Source: the human T2T-CHM13v2.0 reference genome, Homo sapiens. From it: a stretch of DNA of 64,000 bases. Both the position numbers and the translations under genes were made by a program. Numbering within the stretch: the stretch's first letter is position 1; each line of letters begins with the position of its first letter. Below are positions 26,130 to 39,000 of the stretch, piece after piece. The stretch lies in assembly GCF_009914755.1 (NCBI RefSeq), contig NC_060930.1, one strand, 5' to 3'. The notes below the pieces were generated by a model. The model was not told the DNA's origin. It saw nothing but the letters and a program-made list of their open reading frames with translations, and searched no databases.

Positions 26130-26616
26130 GTTACCTTTAAAAAGTCTCTTTAGAATTTTAAAGTTTTAAAGGGAGGAGGAAACTTGAGATCATTTTGTTC
26201 AGCATTTTTCATACTGTGAATAAGATGTTAATAAGTGCTCTAGTTGTTTAAATACTCTGTTTTCTTATAAGACAATTATAAAATACACTAACATGTTAAA
26301 AATATATGAGAAGTTCTGAAGTAAGGAAACCTGATCAAATTCAACAGCGCTTTTTCCAAATATATTAGATATCAAAATTACTATCCATTTTTATTTTTTC
26401 TTTGAACATCTATAAAAACTTCATTGATTGAATGCTTCTCAGAATAGTTAGAGAATTATTGTCCTCTCTGTAAATGAGTAAACACAGACATGGTATATTT
26501 ATAAGGCTTTCTAAAGTTATGTGGCTGTTTATTATCAGGAAGAATCAGAGCTAATTTGGACACCCAATTAAGTGCTCCTTTCTTCTTGCAGTTTGTCTCC
26601 TGGTACTTTCTTATCC

Positions 26617-26845
26617 CAGTGCTGTGCTGAGCCATATTGGAGCCTAAGGCAAAAGGGACCATCAGTAACACTAATCCTGTCTTTATTTAAAATTTTGATA
26701 TTTTGTTCATCATGGATTTATTTGCATAAATTTTAATATTGAAATCTATTGATTAAAATATTATGTATCTTGATTACTGAGTTTTTCGTTATCCCTTCTG
26801 TTCTTGAGACAATGACTCATTTATCTGGCCCTACTCTCTGCTCTG
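26617..26845 (-). mobile_element. MER96B (hAT) DNA element
   Basis: The reverse complement contains AAACTCAGTAATCAAGAT...TCCATGATGAACAAAATATCAAAATTTTAAATAAAGACAGGAT...GGCTCCAATATGGCTCAGCACAGCACTG, with CAG...CTG termini. Confidence 0.75.
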
Positions 26846-27461
26846 ATTACTCCTTCAAAACTACGTGTATCTCCGGTCTTAGAACATCCAAGCAACTTTA
26901 TATTCCAAGTTATTTAAAAGCATGATGAATTTAGAAAATATCCACATCACAGCTTTGGTAACTTCCATTCCTCACATTTGTAGGTAGAAACATACCTACT
27001 CTTCTTTGCCTTTGTCTTCCGGGAAAAAATAAATAGTGCTGCTCCAATTTTTGGCATATAAAATTATAAATACCGTCTACTTTATTGCACACCTTCTGAA
27101 AGTCTGATCTCAATTTAATTATAATTAACAACCCAAATTTTCTATTAATCAGTTCCTAGGTGTAGGGGAATAAACTTGGGGCAGAGATTGCATCTAGTCT
27201 AGTTCAGCTTGATAAAAATACATATTCACTAACTTACTGAATTCTAATATGGAATTTCCCAAAGCGTATTTCAGCAAGGAGAATGATCATAAGGTCAGGG
27301 GGGAAAAAAGTAATAAAATTAGTTGGACAGTAAAGATCTGAAGGAAACTTAAGAGATTCTTTATTTCAGAACTTAGTGCCTCTAATATGCTAATGTTCTT
27401 TAGTAATACAGAAAATAACCTTATAAAATGCAGTGTTTTTTAAACAGATCTAACTACAGAA

Positions 27462-27465
<4 letters not shown>

Positions 27466-27526
<61 letters not shown>
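27466..27526. repeat. Uninterrupted (TA)30 microsatellite
   Basis: Directly visible. Confidence 0.98.
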
Positions 27527-27529
<3 letters not shown>

Positions 27530-28063
27530 TGCATGTATGTGAGATTTTGCATTGAACATCTGCCGTGGCACTGTAGTTTCACAGATCATCTTTGGAAAGT
27601 ATATCTGTAATAAACTAGTCAAGCTTGGATTTTGTTTTGCAGAAAGTGTTTTTTCAGATGATATATAACTCAATGTTCAATTATAGCACTTTTTTTTTCT
27701 CCAGTAGTGGCTCACTAATCCCAGAGCCCAGCTAGGACTTTTCTTGTGCATGGAAGAACTATTGAAAATGAATCAATTGTTTTACCAAGTGAAATTTATA
27801 GGAATAGATTTTAATATTCTGGTCAACACATTTGCCTTTTCACAGTTAATTTTTTTTTTTATAACTCTTGGCGAGCTGTTGATCACTTAATGGTAGAGGT
27901 CTCCTAATCAATCATATTTGGCACAGCTTATATGCTTATTCCTATTGGCTCTGGTACCTCTGTCCTGCTTACTTCAAAAGAAGTTTTGAAAACAGAAACT
28001 TCATTTCTTGTCATACCTCTGTTGTTTTCCACATATAATGTACCCTTCTCATCTGACCGTCCT

Positions 28064-28138
28064 TGAAACTTGGAAGAACTCGATTTTCCTTCTTTTCCCT
28101 GTGAAGCTTGGAAGAGCTCGATTTTCCTTCTTTTCCCT
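28064..28138. repeat. Tandem duplication, 37-bp copies (35/37 identical), period 38
   Basis: TGAARCTTGGAAGARCTCGATTTTCCTTCTTTTCCCT at 28064 and 28102. Confidence 0.95.
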
Positions 28139-28789
28139 ACCTTCAGAGATGCTGACAAAAATGATTTCTTGCCCCCCATTCCCGATTACTAATTTGGAAA
28201 AAAATATCAATCTTCTAAAAATTTAACATGGAGTCTAAAACTGATATCCCTGAAAATAAATGTAAAAACGTAGATAAATTTTGGTAAAGATGTGATAACA
28301 GTGCTTTCAACTGCAGATGAAGGTTTAATATTGACTAAAATTTAAAAGCATTGCCTTGAATTCCCTTTCCATCTCTTTTGTTTTAGGTGTGGACACTTTG
28401 ATAACATGTCAAAGTTATCAAAGATGCTATACCATCTTTCAATAGTATCACAACAGACACCCACAACACACTTGCACTTGTTTTCATTAGTTAGTTTTCA
28501 GATATGAACATCCCAGATATTTATTCTTTGTCCACACAACTTGGTCCGAATTTCGATTAGAAAGGAATTTGTTCATCCTTTGTGGCATCTTGAGCAGCAT
28601 TACTTTAGGAGTCTGAGTTTTGCAAAATGAAACAGGTAATTGTTGTTTATAAAATATTATGATGGCACAGAGTCTGTGGCAACTAAAAACATTCCAGTGT
28701 TTGCTGCAAGGCATGAGGAGACAGTGACACAGCTCATTTCCTCAGCTGAGCTCTCTTTGCTGCCTTGTACAACACTTATTTCAAAGCAT

Positions 28790-28990
28790 GCCACAGCTTA
28801 GAACTGTCGTGATCCCCATTAATATAAAATCATTGACCTCTGCTCCCGCTGGTGCGACTAAATTACATTCTGCTGCTCAGCAGCAGCCGCACATGGGGCC
28901 AGCGCTTTTAGTCGTCGCCAGGTGCCTTGATGCCAGCGCAGCCCCTCCTACGCCCAGGGTTTGCCTTTAATGAGGATTAGGCACCTTCAA
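28790..28990. promoter_or_regulatory. Candidate enhancer or conserved non-coding element (CpG-retaining)
   Basis: 9 CpG in ~150 bp of non-repeat DNA, with homeobox TAAT motifs. Function is inferred only. Confidence 0.4.
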
Positions 28991-30659
28991 AGATCTAGGA
29001 GGACCTACTCCCAGGATGGAAGCCTTTCTAATGGTATCTGGGCTTATCATAGGCAGTAATTTAGTATTTCAACTGAGACTGGAGAGAGATTCATTTCTCC
29101 TCTCTAAGAAATTGTAAGAATATATAGTTTTGTGATTGTTTTTTTTTCCTTCCATTCCACCAGCACAAATTCAAGAGCATTATGCCTAACAATATCATAT
29201 TTTTATGAGATCTAGAAGCTGCATGTGGTAAAGCAATATCATAAATTTTGGTATGGTCCAGGTAGGGAAATTCCTTTTTTGGACTATTTTTATGTTATGT
29301 GCTATTAATAGAACTAAATGTACTCACAGTGTCCCACATTTAATTCACATTTGTAGTTAGGGTGGTGGAATCTCTTTACAAAAGAATTGATAACTGGTCT
29401 GGGAATGTGGTCTATTTTCACACTGTGTGGTCTCTCTTAACATCAGCTCCTGACCCTCTGGGCCTGCCTTTCCATGCAGTACCCTTGTTCTCTGAGAGTG
29501 AGGAGGTCTGTGTTTTGAGCCTTCCTACAGTGAGTATGGAATTTGCAGGAATGTTCTCTGTATGCTATAGCAATAATTCTTGCCTTGCTTGTTAAGTGAT
29601 AAAGCTGGAGGGTTAGATAGTAACATGTAGAAAATAGTCACTGGACATACAAAACATAGGAAGTTTAGGTAGGAAAACAGGAAAAATGCCTCCTTTACAT
29701 AAACTGCAGACACATGAGAAAAAGCAATAAAAGATCATGCACACATATGGTATAAACCAAGTGTGATTATGTGTATGGATATACATATATTCACACAATT
29801 ATTTGCAGTATGTTTAGATAAGTTCTGTATATAGCAAACTGTTAATAAAAAGCTCAGAAATAATTTATCATCAGGATAAAATATAATGTTGGAAGCATTA
29901 TTTGTGTAAAAAATCAGATGTTTTTGTCTGGTGAGGGGAAGAATTTGTGTATCAAAGTAAAACCCATGGTTTTAATCCAGGAAAATATGTACTCATATGA
30001 GTCAATTGGTTTCATCTTTTAAAATTTTTCAGTAGTGAAGCCAAATCATGATATATTCTGAATGTAGTAAATCTCAATACTTTATTTTTAGTTTTTAAAT
30101 ATATTTCAATAAGAAACTGTGCCTTCAGTCCACATGCACGTTGAAACCAGTCAGCAGCATAAAATGGGACAGACTTTAATCAATACTATGCCGGTCACAC
30201 TGACTGTGTATAGAGACTTTGTCTGAATTTTCTACTCTCTGATTCCTATCAGAAGAAACAAATTAAGTTTTATGGCCGTAGGGAGTATCTACAGAGAGTT
30301 CTAACTAAATGGAGAGAGGTTAAATGGTCTACACACTTTAATTACAAACTTTATAAATACCATTTGTTGATAAAAATCAATTTTCAATAAGAATTTACAA
30401 AAACCAACAATAATATAGAGAAAAAGTGAAATTTCTGAGGGCTGCCTTTTTCTCTGTGATGTATAAATAAATACAAACAGTATAAATAATAATAATATTT
30501 TCACTATATTTTTTTAAAAACATGTTTTTGGTTTCTGGAATTATTTCATCCCTGAGGTTTAATTGTGTTTTATGAAATTCAGTCTCTGGATTATCGACTT
30601 GCTTCTGAAAGCTGATACCCAAACAGAGAGCTTTCTTTCCAGAAGGGTGTCCTAACCCC

Positions 30660-30960
30660 AGTCACACGTCTGCTAATTTGGCCTTTCTCTTAATCTCTGA
30701 AGAACTTGCTGAACAGAAGTGAAACTATGCACATGCTAATGGCTTGCGCTCTGCAAACTCCCCTCTCTCCCTGAGAGTGTCTGATGTGCAAAGCTGAGCT
30801 GGAACAAAGATACACTAATTATTCCCCATTAATTTGTCGCTTGAATGGTCCTAAATACCAGAGTGATTAATTAGCGCAAGGCAGCCGGGGTAGGATGTCA
30901 CACCCTTCTCTGAGTTTAAGTGTCGGCAAGGTTGTGCTCAAGTGTTGACAACAGCATATC
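30660..30960. promoter_or_regulatory. Candidate homeodomain/SOX/POU enhancer
   Basis: ATGCTAAT at 30733, AACAAAG at 30803, TAATTA at 30816, TTAATTAG at 30867, and six retained CpGs. Confidence 0.4.
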
Positions 30961-32409
30961 TTTAATTTTCTCCAAGAAGAAAAGTTTAGTCAGTACAATT
31001 AATTTGAGCTTGGCTGGCTTGCAGGAATAAATGAAACGTGTGGAATGATATTACTGCTGTATAGGCATTTTTTTTCCTCCTTAGGGTACAGTAAAACTTT
31101 TTTGGCAACTGAGTTATTGAATAGTGTATTTCTGTAATTGTTCCAATTTGCCTTAATTACTTTTGTGCATTTTGCAGCAAAAACATGGATCATAAAATAG
31201 TTAGAAATCATTATTCATAATAGGCTGGGATGGATGTAGATGAATGCATAGATAAGAATTAAAGGCAGATGAAGAATGACATTACAATTTGATATCCTTT
31301 TAAAGAAATGCAACTTGCTCTCACAAATTGAAATGTATATCAATGTTATAAAAATAATTTGAGACCACTTAACCCCTAAAAGATGTGAATCAACTTACTT
31401 AAAAATGTATAACTGAAAAAGTTGCTTATGTGGCCTGATCTTTTTTTTTTTTTTTTTTTGAGTTAGGTTTTGATGAGATTTTAAGCCTAATGAACAATAT
31501 TTGCCTAGATTAATCTTCCAATTAGTAACACATATAAATCAGTGGTAAATACTAAAAATAATATAATAGGTGATGTTGAACACTTTCATTATATCTTTTT
31601 TATAATTGTATTTGTCAGAGTACTTTTCTTAAAAATTGATGCCAGTTTTAAAGCAATTATAAACTGTTTAGAGAAAGGAATCAAATAAAGTTGCTGCTAC
31701 TCATACTATTTTCCCCTCGTTTTTAAGATTAGGCTATACACATGACTCGAGCAGAAACATAATACTATATAATTAGGCAATAGCGTACTTTGTTTGTTAC
31801 ATTATATTCCTTTGATATTATTGAAAATTTAAATTAATTCATCTTGCTATCGGCATGCAGTTTTGTTTTGTTTTGCTTTGTTTTTAAACAGTGTAAAGAG
31901 AAAAAAAAAATAGAGAGTGCCTTGCAGCCGGCCTATGGATGTTCTCATGATTTCTTTCAGCCTTCCTCAAGCTCTATACAAACCCAAAAGGCTATTCAGC
32001 AGCGGGGGTGTGAGCATTGAGGGAGGGAAGGGGTCTCCTCTCCCATTCCTCTGTGTATCTCATTGTTCATCACTTGTCAATATATTTCCCACACACCATC
32101 TCCAGCCATGCTGTGCCTCATCCTGGCCGCCGGTTCCATGACCTCCATGACATTGCTCGCTCTTTCTCCACTCCCCACGTCTAGAGTTTTGTTTCGTTTT
32201 GTTTTTTAATTTTTCCCAGACAGTGGTTACCATAAGGCTCGCCACTCTAGTAGTATAGATTGTAGAAAATGTTTGTTGAAATAACTAGCAGTAAAAGGAA
32301 AGTTTCTCAGCATAATGTTCCCTGGCTCCTACTGTGTCTTCGCCCTGTTTTCATGCTCTCACCTCCAAATTCTCCACAAGTTTTCACAGTATTTATAAAC
32401 TTTTTCTAA

Positions 32410-32625
32410 CAGCATATATAGTAAAAAGAACAAAATCCCTGGACTGATGTCTCAGTTTTACTATTTATTAAGTGTGCATTTTTAGGGGGGAGGGGGAAAC
32501 AACACTTAACCTCTTGAGGCTCATCTGCAAAATAAGAGTACAAGTATTTGCTTCATTGAGATGTACATGAAATTAAAAGTATGATCTTTCATAGACTTTA
32601 ACAGCCTGTCACTAGGTAAAACAAG
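32410..32625 (+). mobile_element. MIR
   Basis: CACTTAACCTCTTGAGGCTCATCTGCAAAATAAGAG core. Confidence 0.6.
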
Positions 32626-32901
32626 GGTTATTATATTTTCTTGATATTTCACAGTTTCTACAATATTTGCCGTTTATACAGCAAAGCATACAATTATTGA
32701 CAATGTTCAATACTCAATTGAAATGAGATCATTCCCATTTAACGGTTTTGCTACTTTTCCTCTGCCTCAAGGAGTAATAAGTAAGGAGTTAAAATGGTAT
32801 CAGGCCTCTTTATACCACAGAGAGAAGTGCTTTGACTAAAATATTTCACTTAATTTTGAGACATGCTTATGTCTTTGAAGAAAGAAGAACCACTAAAAAG
32901 C

Positions 32902-33420
32902 TGCGATAGTCAAAGCTAAAAACTATTAATTCCTTCCCTCCATGTATGTCTACACTTCCCACATTAAAAGATGGAGTCTAGTTCCCTTCCTCTTGAATCA
33001 TGCCTGGATCTGGTGGCTTACATTTTCCTATAAAATACAGCAAAGAAATATTCTGGGATTTCAAAGTCTAGGTCATACTAAGTCTTGCATGTTCTCCCAG
33101 ATCTCTTGGTATACTTATATTTATGATGCTTCCTCGAAGAACTTGTAAGAAGCCTGAGCCACACAAAGATGTCCCATGTAGATCCTCTGGTCTAAACCCC
33201 TAGCTCAACTCTCATGTGACATCCAGAATTAACTGCCTACCATCTTGGATGTCTAGGGCAATCAAACCTTTGGATGACATTTGTTTGCAATGCTGCAAGA
33301 AGCCTTAAGTGAAAACTGTCCAGCTGAGTCCTGTCAATTGACAGAAATGTAAAAGATAATAAAAAGTTGTTTGCCACTATGACTAGGGATGATTTGTTGT
33401 ATACATAGACTAGTGAAACA
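32902..33420 (+). mobile_element. MLT1 (G/H-like) MaLR solo LTR
   Basis: TG...CA ends; AAGATGGAGTCTAGTTCCCTTCCTCTTGAATC; CCAGCTGAGTCCTGTCAA; GATAATAAAAAGTTG...GGGATGATTTGTT. Confidence 0.75.
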
Positions 33421-33680
33421 ACAACAAATAATGTATTAGCATAATTTAAACTTTTTACATCACAGTGGCAAGACAATATTCACTGTCAAAGTCAGCTAGA
33501 ACTTGGATAATTGAGGGAGGAATTATATTTGTGTGTATGAGATGTCTTCATTCATTCATCTATCAGTCACTTGACTACCATGAGCTGGAATTTTTGTTTT
33601 TTAAAGACACCGAAGACTTTTTATAAACAAGAGGCTTTAATTCCTCAATGTATATTGATTTACAAGTATGCATTACTACC

Positions 33681-34003
<323 letters not shown>

Positions 34004-34583
34004 TCACTTTTACAAACAAACAAAAGAAAAAAAAAAACAACAACAACTGAAGTTAAGTATTGATTTTAAATAAATGCATTATAACTCCCTTTAACAACTC
34101 AGGAGAGATGCCAGGTTTCAATCTATGTTGATTTATGCTTGACTCAAAATTACACTGATTCCTAAGCACAAAAATTCTCTAAAGAGAACTTGTAGTTTTG
34201 TCAGTGTTGTACATATAGAATGCGAGAATTACAAAGAAAACTCTGACTGCCTGTTAGGACCAATGGCAACAATTCTTTTGTTAAATTATCCTAATAGTTG
34301 TGGCATTACTCTTGATTTGTTTTAGAAGGATCAGTGTCAATACCATCTTATGTGCTGCTGTGTGACAACATTGGTCACACAAAGCACACCTTTCATGAGA
34401 GAGGTAGATGAAAATAATTTATGGACTACTTTTTCAGAAAATACACACTTTTCCTTTTGCTTCTTGCATTTGGCCTTCTTTGACAGTTCCATCTGCTTTT
34501 ATTTAAAATCAGCTTTGTGGGTTATTTTTTGCTGAAACTTAAGTTGCAAAATTCAAAGAGTGAAAAGTTTATCAAAACAGCCT

Positions 34584-34879
<296 letters not shown>

Positions 34880-35354
34880 AAAACAGCCTGTGTATCATAT
34901 AAATGAAAGTTGCATAGGACAGAATGTAGTATTTGGACACCCAGCAGCTCATAATATTTAAAGCAATGGCATGCCTCTGCTTGATTCTCTTTACTAAGCA
35001 CTTGGCTACTTAGAGCCAGGGAAATAAAGAGAGGTAGAGGTGTTTTTTGCTTTGTAAAAAAAAGAAAAGAAAGAAAAGAAAACTGAGGGGTAACTCATCC
35101 CATGCTGAAAGAAGCAACAAGCAGTATAGACAATAATTGTGCCAAGTATAATTAGCCAGATCTGTTGAGCACTGACATTCAGAAATTCCTTCCTCTTTCT
35201 TTTCAAAATGTTCACATCGTTATGATGTAAAGTAGACCATAGCCCGAGAAATGAAAGATTTGCCTTTTTCCAGCAAAGGGTATTTATGAAAAGCATTTAC
35301 TTTCATCTCTCTATTGAAAGGCTTTCTGAAATAATGCTTTAATGCCTACTATTA

Positions 35355-35653
<299 letters not shown>

Positions 35654-35705
35654 TCATAAATCTTGAATCACCTGTAGTATCTAAATGTAAAGTCTTACCT
35701 TTAGT

Positions 35706-36065
35706 AGCAGTGACTCTCAAATATCCGTTCAAGGTTCAATACTAGATAATTACATTGAAATCACCTGAAGAGTCTTAAAAGTAAAGACTTCTAGGCTCCA
35801 CCTTTTAGGGATGGGAGCTGAGAGTCTGCTTTTGTTCCCATCTACCATCAGATGTTGCTATGTCCAAGCTTTGGTCCGTGGAACTACAGTCCTTTGAGAT
35901 GCTCTGTTAGAGGAATGTTTTCTCCTAGAGATCCACAATGCACGTGACCATATTAAAGCTCTAGAGATGTTTAACTTGGCTTATCTAGTATTTCCAGACT
36001 TACTGAACCTTTAAAACTTTTTTTTTTAATTGTAGAGTGGAGCTCACTTTGAAAAAGAGGGGTTT
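35706..36065. mobile_element. hAT-Charlie relics (MER5-like and Charlie4-like)
   Basis: CAGTGACTCTCAAA...AATCACCTGAAGAG...AGGCTCCACC; CCACAATGCAC...CATATTAAAGCTCT. Confidence 0.45.
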
Positions 36066-39000
36066 AGAGGAATTCTGAGATGTCCCTTCCGTAAAACTTA
36101 GGCAAAACAAAATTTTCTTTGCTCTTGGAAAATGTATATTTTCATATATATTCTTGTAATATCAACAAAAAGCTTGACATTTCTTTTCATTATCCAATTG
36201 CTTACTCTCTGCTGTTAACTACTATATCTTTTCTGATAATGTTTGACACTTACATATTTCCTTAAAATTATGCCTGAACATGTTCAGCTTTTTCCAAGAA
36301 ACATTTGTATCATTGATTACTTCAAAGACTTGATTCTAAGAATTTACAAAAGCACAATGAAAATATTCTGCTATAGAGTAAATAGTCACTGGAACAACTG
36401 GCCATATTCTGGTTTATATTATAATTAGCGATAGTGATGAATTTTCCTTCCCTGAACACCAAACCACTTCAGGGAAAAGACAATATCTTATTCATCTCAC
36501 CACCTCCAGATGCCTTTGTTGAATCATGTTGATTCCTGAAACCAAGTTTCTTATGAATCATGCTATCAGTATATAGATGCTATTTAATGTTCTGAGTCAC
36601 ATGCTTCAGTAGTTTGCTGACTTTCTCAGGTTTATGTATTTTTTTTTTATAAAGACAACTGACGTTTTATCCTCAGCTTGTATATTGGAAATGTTATTAA
36701 CCAACATTAGCTCATCATCCACTTCAGTGCAGAAACCCAATGTGTCATATCCTTGATAAGTTCCTTGAGAACAGGAATTATGCTTTTTAACTTCTTTCTG
36801 TCCCTCATAGACCTCCACTATTGTTTTGCACAAAAGCGTTCAAAAGGTAATCTTGGTGTGAGTATAAATAACCAGATGGAAAATATGTTGAACAACCTCT
36901 GACCATTAAGACTTTCTCAATATTGTTTTCCTAAAAGTCAAAATCCAGGACTTGACATTTATGGCTACATATATGCCAACCTTGGGCTGCTTTATGCACG
37001 CACTGGATTCTCTCTGTTGGCTTTTTCTGTCTCTTTCTCTTATCCCTGCTTATATACGAAGCTCTGAATATTCAGTTTCTGCAGTTAAAAGTTAAATTTC
37101 AAAGATAATAAATTTCAAAGTGGGTGTTTTATTAACTGCAGCAATAAACAAGTGAGAGTTGCATTACACTGTGACAAAAGTTCTTCAGCTTCTATGGGCC
37201 TGTGTGTTCCCAGATGAAGAGCCAAGTGGAAATGTTCAATAAAACATGTGTGAGACTGCACAATAGAACAGTCCTTACATTTTACATCAAGCTGCATCAG
37301 GGTCATGGGAGGTGTTTTATTAGCACAGTCAACAATAATATCGTGATTTTTATTAGGAGGAAAAGATAGTGAGAGACTACTAATTATTTTTCAGCCTGAG
37401 GGGCATTTTTTCTTGAAATGACTGTTAATTTGATCATTGTCGTGCAGTTCACAGATTTACATGAACTTCTTTCACTCTGACACATGGTTAAGAACCAGAC
37501 TAAGATTGTTGCTTTATTAATGGTTTTCAGTAAATGTATTCAAAAGTGCTAACTATGTGGGTGTATGGATGATATTGATAGCACTAGAAAGGTTGAATCC
37601 TTTTGGAAGTAGCTAGCCTGAAGCCCTTTTTGCATGATATTTTCTTTGTTCATGCAGTGAGATGTTAAACCTACAGGAATGAAATGAAATCCCAGTGAAA
37701 TAAGAATGGTGTTGTCTCAGATATTACCAAAGTGGCTTTTTAAGAAATGTTTCCTTTCTTGTTTTTCCCTTTCCGCCGATAGGGCAAGCATCAGAAACTT
37801 GAGAAAGCCAGTGATTTTTTAAAACACTTGCTTTGGTATAATTAAGAAAATATTGCACAATGTTGTCATTGTTAAATGGCATGGAGTAAGCATAGTCTAC
37901 TAACCCACTTAGAATTCTTGCTGGTTATAAAGCTAATTTATTATGATTTTTCTTTTTAATCTGCATACATTATGCTTAACTGAAAATGAGAATCTGAAAC
38001 TCCTAGTGACTAGGCTCATTTTTATTTTATCTATCATTTTTGCAAATGTCATTAATCTGGCAAAAAGTCTTATACAATCTTCTCTTGCTTTGATATTGCA
38101 AGAAAATCCACATAAGACATATTCTTAATGGTGGAAGAAATCTTCAAAAAAGGTAAAAGTTTAAAATGTGGAAGGACAGAACTGGTGATTCATCCTGGAG
38201 AGTTATCTATTTAATTTAAAATTATCTTTTTCAAAATAATTTAATACATTTGGAAAAAAATCCAGACTTGGAGAAAATGGGCAGTTTTCATAACATTAGA
38301 ATCTTATTAAAAATCTGTTTTTGAGACAAAATTTTAAGATGAGATTACCAATGTAAAATTGATTTGTAAATTATAAAGTGTATCATGATTCTAAGTTATC
38401 ATTATTAAATGAAATGTTAATTTATATGTTGGGCATAAAGACCAGTCAGTATCTTTATACTGTATACTTTAAAATGATCAAACTGCAGAAAATGTGGCAT
38501 GTATTATCCACATAACAGAGTGCACTTATAAGAACTATAGTGAGTAGATGCCAATAAAGTCTGAATTCCTATCACATCTATCTCATGGCAAATGTATGTA
38601 ATTCATATTTTTAAGGATATCCTCATTGTTAAAGCTGCTTGATACAGCTGCTTTTAACTCTTACTAATGGGAGTTGGACTTGACAAGAAATGGATTGAAA
38701 CTTGAATTTAATCTTACTACACATGAGGGAGAGAATACACCACAGCATCCAAATGTTATTATTGGTCAATGATAATTAAAATGTATTATGAGGAAATATT
38801 CCTAATTATACTTTTGCCTCTGCTTAGAGAGGGTAAATGACTTTTTTTCTCAAGTGCAGTTTATATGCTTGGATTGATGGGTAAACTTTTTTTTGAATTA
38901 CTTAAGTTTGTAGAAGTACCTATATGAAAAAGAAAAACTTTTCCTGTGTATATTACCTATAATTAAACTGTCTTCTTCTAAAAGCATGTTAACAATGCCA

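Noticed and set aside
27428-27673. ORFs with (IY)n repeats
   Set aside because: They are translations of the (TA)30 microsatellite.
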